Below, piece after piece: positions 26,362 to 32,000 of a stretch of DNA of 32,000 nucleotides. The stretch's first letter is position 1. Each line of letters begins with the position of its first letter. Both the position numbers and the translations under genes were made by a program. The stretch comes from Coprobacillaceae bacterium (GTDB taxonomy: Bacteria > Bacillota_I > Bacilli_A > Erysipelotrichales > Coprobacillaceae). The notes below the pieces were generated by a model, which did not search any database, was not told where the DNA came from, and saw only the letters and a program-made list of their open reading frames with translations. Location of the stretch: assembly GCA_963675915.1 (NCBI GenBank), contig OY780959.1, positions 1,020,001 to 1,052,000 of the forward strand, read 5' to 3'.

Positions 26362-27609
26362 ATGGATAAAAAAGAACAAGAATACGTAGCGTTGATGCGC
26401 CATCGGATCATTCATGACATCATTACCGGAAATTATGATGCTGCATGGTCTAAGAATCAGGCGATTACGGAAGCTACCAAGAAAGTCTATAAGAGTTTCG
26501 ACAACCGTGATTTCACTGTCTCAAGCAGTACCATCTCCAGATGGATTGCTGCTTACGAAGAAAAAGGCTTCGATGGATTGATTCCTCAAAAGCGGAGTGA
26601 TTGTGGCAAGTCAAGAAGACTGGATGATGACATCGTTGAAACAATCAAATATTATAAGACAACCTATCCTAGATTGCCGGCAACTGTAATATACGGCAAG
26701 TTGATTGAGAAAGGAATCATCAAGAAAACTGATGTTTCCCTATCAACCGTTAACCGATGTGTCAATCAGATAAAGTCGGAATTGCGGCTTTCAAACAAGA
26801 AAGACATGCGTCGCTACGAAGTGCCCCATATCAATATGAACTGGGCTGGCGACAGTTCGGTCGGCCCTTACATAACCATTAATGGCAAGAAGAACCGGAC
26901 ATACATGATTGCCCTGATCGATGATGCTTCAAGGATGATCGTCCATCTTGATTTGTATTTGAATGACAACACAGTCAATTTGATGGATACCATGAAAAGT
27001 GCGGTAACAAAATATGGAGTTCCTGAGATGTTCAGGTTTGACAACGGCTCCAATTATCGAAATCACCAGATCAAGATGATTGCAGCAAGGATTAATTCAA
27101 CCATTAGCTACTGCAAACCGTACTCGCCGGAAGGAAAATCAAAAATTGAGCGGGTGTTTCGGACGATCAAAGATCAGTTCTTCGCCCAAATAAACATAAA
27201 AGATTACACAAACAATCTAGAAGGTTTGAAGCAGGATTTAAGCCAGTTCATCAATGATTACAACAACAAGGTGCATTCGTCTTTGAATGGATTGACACCT
27301 CATCAACGTTTTTTTCAGGAAAGCAACCTTATCAAAAGGCTTGATGATGACTTTATCGACAACACTTTCCTGTTCGAAGTAGAGCGGTCTGTCAGTACTG
27401 ATTCGGTAATCAAAATAGATAATCGGGAATACGAGATTGATTATATCTATTCTGGTGAAAGGCATATGTTCCGATATACTCCGGACTTGGAAAACGTCTA
27501 TATAGTCAACAAGAATACCGGCGAACTGGAACGGATTCACCTACTTGATAAAAACGCCAATTCAAAAGTAAAACGAGTGCAGCCAAAATTATGCGGAGGA
27601 GAAGATTAA
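26362..27609 (+). CDS. DDE transposase of the TnsB/TniA/MuA type
   Basis: 415 aa with 1 aa difference from copy 1 (KYGVPEMF versus KYGIPEMF). SD GGAGG lies upstream. Confidence 0.82.
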   Translation: MDKKEQEYVALMRHRIIHDIITGNYDAAWSKNQAITEATKKVYKSFDNRDFTVSSSTISRWIAAYEEKGFDGLIPQKRSDCGKSRRLDDDIVETIKYYKTTYPRLPATVIYGKLIEKGIIKKTDVSLSTVNRCVNQIKSELRLSNKKDMRRYEVPHINMNWAGDSSVGPYITINGKKNRTYMIALIDDASRMIVHLDLYLNDNTVNLMDTMKSAVTKYGVPEMFRFDNGSNYRNHQIKMIAARINSTISYCKPYSPEGKSKIERVFRTIKDQFFAQINIKDYTNNLEGLKQDLSQFINDYNNKVHSSLNGLTPHQRFFQESNLIKRLDDDFIDNTFLFEVERSVSTDSVIKIDNREYEIDYIYSGERHMFRYTPDLENVYIVNKNTGELERIHLLDKNANSKVKRVQPKLCGGED

Positions 27610-28412
27610 TGGAAAAATATTGGACCAGATATGGATTGGAATTCAATCCGTTTATCAAGAACTCAAAGAATTTATTTATTGAAACAAGTGAATACCAGGA
27701 ATTGAAAGTACGCCTTAACAGCCTTTTTGAAATCAAGGGTTTCGGACTAATAGTCGGTGAACCCGGCCATGGCAAAACAACCATGATCAGAAACTATATC
27801 AAAACACTCCCCAAATCAGCTTACAAGATAATTTATTTGTCAATGTCGACCCTTACAGTCAAGGAGTTCTATATGCAACTAGCTGAGTCGCTGGATCTGA
27901 CTCCTCGGTATCGAAAGAATGATCTGTTCAGGGAGATCCAATCAGCCATAAACCAGTTGATTTACGAAAAAAGGATTACCCCGGTGTTTATCTTTGATGA
28001 ATGTAATTACATGAATAACGCCATTCTTAATGATTTGAAGATGATCTTCAATTTTGATATGGATTCCAAGGATCATGCTGTAGTCTTGATGGTCGGATTG
28101 CCGACAATAACAAGGAACCTGAAATTAACCGCTCATGAACCATTGCGCCAGCGAATGATTATCAATTACAAACTTGAGCCATTGAACAAGAGTGAAAGTC
28201 TTGCTTATATCAAAGACAAGCTCCAAGGCGGAAAAACAATTCAAGAAGTGTTCAATGATAATGCAATTGAGGCAATCATCAATGCATCCAACGGCACCTG
28301 TCGGGTTATTGATCGGATATGTGACCGGGCAATGTTTATCGGAGCAATCAGAAAAATCGAAGTAATTGATTCCGATTTAATCCTAGAAACAATCGAAGAG
28401 GTAGTAATTTGA
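27609..28412 (+). CDS. TniB/ExeA-like AAA+ ATPase
   Basis: 267 aa from the ATG overlapping the transposase TAA. SD GGAGGA. It has 1 aa difference from copy 1. Confidence 0.8.
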   Translation: MEKYWTRYGLEFNPFIKNSKNLFIETSEYQELKVRLNSLFEIKGFGLIVGEPGHGKTTMIRNYIKTLPKSAYKIIYLSMSTLTVKEFYMQLAESLDLTPRYRKNDLFREIQSAINQLIYEKRITPVFIFDECNYMNNAILNDLKMIFNFDMDSKDHAVVLMVGLPTITRNLKLTAHEPLRQRMIINYKLEPLNKSESLAYIKDKLQGGKTIQEVFNDNAIEAIINASNGTCRVIDRICDRAMFIGAIRKIEVIDSDLILETIEEVVI

Positions 28413-28717
28413 TAATCGAATACTTCTGCAACTATGATGAAAAAACATGGGCCAACGAGATAGTAATAGTCTCACAAAACCCAGATAAGTGTGAATTCCA
28501 GCTAAGATATGACGGAAATGAAATCGAAGTGATAGTAGGTAAATCAGCCAAAGGGAACTGGATTTGCATCCCGTTGATGAAGCTGGGACTGGAACTATCA
28601 TATTTCAAAGACAAATTTTGGAACAAGTCAGCTCTATTGCGCGAGATAGATCCAATCAGCAGCGAAGCAATATCACAAGCAATCTACAAAATAAACGAGT
28701 CAGGGATAATCGTCTAA
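28409..28717 (+). CDS. Transposon ORF4, 102-aa protein of unknown function
   Basis: TTG start coupled to the ATPase stop. Conserved in both copies. Confidence 0.6.
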   Translation: MIIEYFCNYDEKTWANEIVIVSQNPDKCEFQLRYDGNEIEVIVGKSAKGNWICIPLMKLGLELSYFKDKFWNKSALLREIDPISSEAISQAIYKINESGIIV

Positions 28718-29163
28718 AAAGGCGATTATTTTCTTTTTCCTCTAAAACATCATTTCAAATAAACTGAATATTCCATTCGATTAATTTGAAGAGCATCAAA
28801 AAAGGGCCAAAAGAAGGTCCATATAATTTGAAGAATCATCCATCAAATAAATTGACTAGCTACACGATCTTTATGACCGCTCAGTAATTGCGACATTGAG
28901 TGGTAGCAATATTACTGCAAAGTTAGCTGTCGATACATTGAAAATAGCCCTCACCAGACATAAACCTGGTAAAGGGATTATCCTGCATTCAGATCAAGGT
29001 GTGCAATTTTCAGCAAAAGAATTTAATGATTATTGTGAAGAAAACCATGTTCAACAAAGTATGAGTCGAGCAGGATGTCCATATGACCCCCATGTGTTAG
29101 GATAGTTGTCGTATAGAGGGATTTGGATTATACTTATAAAAACCGATCCAAGGAGACCAAGAA

Positions 29164-29640
29164 ATGACTAAAACATATACGACTGAAGAAAAAATAAAAT
29201 TGATCAATCAAACATTGCCACCACTCAACAAAACTGTTGTTCAGATTGCTGCTGAAACTGGAATCAAAACTTCGACTCTTTATTCCTGGAAGCGTAGATA
29301 CCTAAAATGTGCCGTTAATTCCAAAATCAAGGAACGTTACAGCAAGGCTGAAAGATTCCACTTTATCGTCGAATCCGCTTCGTTGAACGAACACGAACTT
29401 GGAGAATATTGCCGGCAAAAAGGAATTTATCCTGATGAGCTGACAAAGTGGAAAAATGAATTTCTCAATGTTTCCAGTCAAGATGATTCTGCGAAGGCCG
29501 AATTGCACAAGGAGCGAAGAAAACGTAAAGAGCTGGAAAAAGAACTCAAGCGCAAAGAAAAGGCTTTGGCTGAAGCTGCTGCGCTACTGGTTCTTGAAAA
29601 AAAGCTCCAAGCAATTTGGGACGAAGAAGAGGAAGATTAA
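29164..29640 (+). CDS. IS3-family OrfA
   Basis: 158 aa with an HTH (VVQIAAETGIKTSTLYSWKRRY) and a C-terminal coiled coil. Confidence 0.85.
   Translation: MTKTYTTEEKIKLINQTLPPLNKTVVQIAAETGIKTSTLYSWKRRYLKCAVNSKIKERYSKAERFHFIVESASLNEHELGEYCRQKGIYPDELTKWKNEFLNVSSQDDSAKAELHKERRKRKELEKELKRKEKALAEAAALLVLEKKLQAIWDEEEED
29598..29604 (+). promoter_or_regulatory. Programmed -1 frameshift heptamer A AAA AAG
   Basis: The zero frame reads GAA AAA AAG CTC. The -1 frame continues KAPSNLGRRRGRLTS into OrfB. Confidence 0.75.
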
Positions 29641-30719
29641 CCTCTCTCAAATTGCGTAAACTAATCGTTTCATTGATCAAAGACGCCAACGAAAATGGTG
29701 CTCGATTGATTCCGGCGTGTAAAGTGGTTGGAATATCCAAACGAACATATGAACGGTGGACCAATGAAACAGATGTGTTGGCTGACAAACGAACGACAGC
29801 TATTAGACCTGTGCCGGCCAATAAGCTAAGCGATGATGAGCGCCAAGTCGTAATTGACACTGTCAATTCTCCTAAATACAATTCTCTGCCTCCATCAACG
29901 ATAGTGCCTAAGTTAGCTGACGAAGGTAAATATATTGGCTCAGAATCAACCATTTACCGCATTCTAAGGGAAAATAAACAATTGAAACATCGTGGAAGAA
30001 GCAAGGAGCCTCAAAAGCAGGTCCCGACAACACATATTGCCAAAGCACCCAACGAGGTTTGGAGTTGGGATATTACTTGGTTGCACCGTAAGGATGTTAG
30101 GGGAGTTTATTACAAGTTATACATGATAATGGATATTTTCAGCCGGAAGATTGTCGGACATGAAGTGTGGGAAACGGAAAATGCCGAATATTCCCAAACT
30201 CTTATAAAAAGGACACTGTTAAAAGAAAAGATAAGTGGCAGATCGCTTGTGCTGCATTCAGATAATGGTGGCCCAATGAAAGCATCATCATTCCTGGGAA
30301 CGCTTGAAAAATTAGGTGTGCAAAGCTCGTTTTCAAGGCCGAGAGTAAGTAATGACAATCCATATTCGGAAGCACTGTTCAAAACGCTAAAATACATTCC
30401 TAAGTATCCAACCAGCGGGTTTGAATCACTGGAACATGCCCGAGAATGGACTAGTGAATTCGTCCATTGGTACAATGAAGTCCATTACCATAGCGGCATC
30501 AATTATGTAACCCCAGGAAGCAGACATCGTGGCGAAGATATCGAGATATTGAAGAATCGCAAAAGTGTTTACGCCCTTGCAAGAATGAAGCATCCTGAGA
30601 GATGGAGCGGTAATACTAAAACCTGGGAATATCAAACAACGGTTGCCCTGAATCCAACCGATGAAGAAAAAAACATGATCCAGAAAAAGAAATATCAAAC
30701 AAACCAAATCTACGCATAA
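29616..30719 (+). CDS. IS3-family OrfB (DDE)
   Basis: WSWDITWL, HSDNGGPM, DNPYSEALFKTLK. About 50% identical to the OrfB at 17420..18481. Confidence 0.88.
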   Translation: MGRRRGRLTSLKLRKLIVSLIKDANENGARLIPACKVVGISKRTYERWTNETDVLADKRTTAIRPVPANKLSDDERQVVIDTVNSPKYNSLPPSTIVPKLADEGKYIGSESTIYRILRENKQLKHRGRSKEPQKQVPTTHIAKAPNEVWSWDITWLHRKDVRGVYYKLYMIMDIFSRKIVGHEVWETENAEYSQTLIKRTLLKEKISGRSLVLHSDNGGPMKASSFLGTLEKLGVQSSFSRPRVSNDNPYSEALFKTLKYIPKYPTSGFESLEHAREWTSEFVHWYNEVHYHSGINYVTPGSRHRGEDIEILKNRKSVYALARMKHPERWSGNTKTWEYQTTVALNPTDEEKNMIQKKKYQTNQIYA

Positions 30720-31005
30720 TTAATTCAAAAAAATGCGTCAACTATATTGACAAACTCCGTGACAATGCACCAATGGAACGATATTTCAACACTTTAAAAA
30801 ATGAATATCTCAAGATATTTACCTTTAAAACATTCCAGGAGCAGTACCAAGGAATCATTGAATTTAGCTATGTTAAATATAATCATAAGCGGCCTCATTC
30901 ATTTAATGGTGGCCTCCCGCCAAGTATTGCCCGACATGCAAATTAAAATTTTATACCTTGGGGGAATGCGGACAAAATCTTAGACTTTCTTGAAAGGATT
31001 TTGAT

Positions 31006-31413
31006 ATGTATTCATATGAACAACGTAAAATTGCAATTGACCTTTATATCAAATATGATCTTCAGGTTAACCCAGTTATAAAAGAATTAGGATATCCCTC
31101 AAGGAGAATATTATACAAGTGGTACAAAGAATTTTTGGAACTGGGAGGATTACCTCATAAACATACCAAAAAATCAAATTATTCGGACGAACAAAAAAAG
31201 ATTGCTGTAGATCATTACTTTGAACATGGCAAGTCTCTTGCCAATACAATTAGAAAATTGGGTTATCCGACAAAAGTCACTTTGAGATCTTGGATTGACG
31301 AAGTTTCCCCGGTTTCAACAAAGCGTTGTGATACTGGCAAATACGTAGTAAGATATCCATATAGTAAAAAGAAACAGGCTGTTTATGATCTTTGCCAACG
31401 CGAGAGTGGATAG
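31006..31413 (+). pseudogene. Double-HTH OrfA of a further IS3-like element, apparently truncated by the next IS
   Basis: MYSYEQRKIAIDLYIKYD...LGYPSRRILYKWYKEF...EQKKIAVDHYFEHGKSLANTIRKLGYPTKVTLRSWI. The frame ends inside the terminus of the following IS3 (GGA TAG). No orfB follows. Confidence 0.5.
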
Positions 31414-31480
31414 GCTACAATATGCTGGACACAATTTATACGAAGCCGTATTATAGTAGATAACATGACAGGAGATTAAT

Positions 31481-31765
31481 ATGGCTAGAAGAGAACGTAG
31501 AGTATTCAGTGAAGAATTCAAACAACAAATGGTAAATTTATACCGTAGTGGAAAACCGCGAAGCGAGATTATCAGAGAATATGATTTGACACCCTCATCA
31601 TTTGGAAAATGGATTAGACAGTCAAGTGACAGCGGATCTTTCAAAGAAAAAGATAACCGCAGTCCTGAAGAAAACGAATTAATCCAACTACGCAAAGAAA
31701 ACCAAAAATTGAAGATGGAAAATGATATTTTAAAGCAGGCAGCTCTGATTATGGGACGAAAGTAA
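31481..31765 (+). CDS. IS3-family OrfA
   Basis: 94 aa, nearly identical from EEFKQQMVNLYRSGKP onward to the stub at 2695..2946. Confidence 0.88.
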   Translation: MARRERRVFSEEFKQQMVNLYRSGKPRSEIIREYDLTPSSFGKWIRQSSDSGSFKEKDNRSPEENELIQLRKENQKLKMENDILKQAALIMGRK

Positions 31766-32000
31766 AGGTGATCAGGGCCAACTCTCATAAGTATTCAGTT
31801 AAAGCAATGTGCAAGTGCCTTAATATTTCAAGATCCGGTTATTATGGTTATCAGGAGACAGAATCTTCAATTGACGAACACAATGATGACGTGGTTAAAA
31901 TATTCAATGAGAACCAAAGAGTCTATGGAACTCGTAAGATAAAGGTCGAATTGAATAAATTAGGAATTCAATTGTCTCGGCGAAGAATTTCAAGGATAAT
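31729..32000 (+). CDS. IS3-family OrfB, N-terminal part (partial; -1 frame from heptamer T TTA AAG at 31729..31735)
   Basis: The -1 frame is open: KAGSSDYGTKVKVIRANSHKYSVKAMCKCLNISRSGYYGY...VYGTRKIKVELNKLGIQLSRRRISRI (HTH_21-like). Confidence 0.8.

Larger units (their letters stand above)
25550..28864 (+). mobile_element. Four-gene TnsB/TniA + TniB-like transposon, copy 2 (3315 bp)
   Basis: Termini are TGTCGCTAGCCAGTTTATATGG (25550..) and ...CCATCAAATAAATTGACTAGCTACA (28864). Perfect 6-bp TSD CGATCT at 25544..25549 and 28865..28870. Subterminal AATTTGAAG repeats occur at 25621, 28783 and 28825, and inverted at 25638. Confidence 0.88.
29088..30760 (+). mobile_element. Intact IS3-family element (1673 bp) inserted in the OrfB of the host IS3
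   Basis: 3-bp TSD GAC at 29085..29087 and 30761..30763. The host codons CCA TAT GAC | AAT GCA rejoin exactly. The imperfect IRs contain ATAGTTGTCG and ATAGTTGACG. Confidence 0.88.
25056..30946 (+). pseudogene. IS3 OrfB split by transposon copy 2 and by another IS3
   Basis: The -1 frame from the heptamer runs ...RWLLRKFKLYPNSYYNYL...WCTDFTYL...CTIIDL (to 25549). It resumes as YDRSVIATL...HSDQGVQFSAKEF...RAGCPYD (28872..29087), then NAPMERYFNTLKNEY...YNHKRPHSFNG...* (30764..30946). Confidence 0.8.
21432..30974 (+). mobile_element. IS3-family element (about 1.23 kb when inserts are removed) carrying three nested insertions
   Basis: Termini are TGTAACATCAAGGTA... (21432) and ...TACCTTGGGGGAATGCGGACA (30974), both TGT/ACA with a shared CAAGGTA. 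orfA and orfB reassemble perfectly after deleting 21723..25041, 25550..28870 and 29088..30763. Confidence 0.75.
31407..32000 (+). mobile_element. IS3-family (IS150-like) element, 5' part, running off the window
   Basis: The terminus begins TGGATAGGCTAC. It has a 74-nt UTR, orfA, a frameshift site and the start of orfB. Confidence 0.75.

Noticed and set aside
21723-28864. The inverted transposon pair as an assembly artefact or as the product of one intramolecular replicative transposition
   Set aside because: The copies differ by scattered substitutions (e.g. TAT/TAC in the transposase, several changes in the right ends) and have strongly diverged left ends, so they are not a collapsed or duplicated read pile. 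Each copy is flanked by its own direct 6-bp duplication, which a single replicative inversion would not produce. Long-read confirmation is still desirable.
25550-28864. Calling the 3.3-kb element an IS21-family member (transposase ~415 aa plus ATPase ~267 aa, TG/CA ends)
   Set aside because: The ATPase has the ExeA/TniB-type layout (YGLEFNPF N-terminus, GLP...LRQRM, SNGTCRVIDRICDRA). It lacks the IstB/DnaC-like C-terminus, which is seen for comparison in the genuine IstB fragment at 20725..20995. The transposase also ends in a Mu/TniA-like barrel. Without HMM searches this assignment remains provisional.

Overview
AT-rich, Bacillota-like DNA (GGAGG-type Shine-Dalgarno sites, ATGA/TAATG gene overlaps) in two very different parts. 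(1) 3.5-15.6 kb is an all-minus-strand GDP-sugar/decoration module. It holds fcl, an RmlC-like cupin (in-frame TGA), manC and an acyltransferase-3 gene (in-frame TAG). Next come an 896-aa phosphomannomutase::GDP-mannose-4,6-dehydratase-like fusion whose dehydratase domain lacks the catalytic Glu, a canonical gmd and a second acyltransferase-3. The module ends with an Rmd-like SDR lacking the catalytic Tyr, a shredded ugd relic and a third acyltransferase-3. No glycosyltransferase, flippase, polymerase or priming enzyme is in the window. (2) 0-3.5 kb and 15.7-32 kb form an insertion-sequence graveyard whose nesting can be resolved to the base pair. An intact IS66 (8-bp TSD) abuts relics of a related IS66-like element and a chimeric IS3 stub. 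An IS256 (8-bp TSD) sits 154 bp upstream of fcl. An IS3 element is split between its SD and ATG by an IS110-family element flanked by CT cores, whose 267-nt non-coding left end is a bridge-RNA candidate. IS21 and IS3 fragments follow. One ~1.23-kb IS3 element has been hit three times: by two inverted, head-to-head copies of a 3.3-kb four-gene TnsB/TniA + TniB-like transposon (each with its own 6-bp TSD, only 514 bp apart) and by another IS3 (3-bp TSD). The most novel-looking items are the four-gene transposon and the PMM::GMD-like fusion with altered catalytic residues. The transposon has a zinc-ribbon ORF1 and a 102-aa ORF4 of unknown function, a covarying hairpin, mosaic left ends and apparent lack of target immunity. 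No rRNA, tRNA or CRISPR array was seen. Element ends were derived by eye and may be off by 1-2 nt. No database search was possible.
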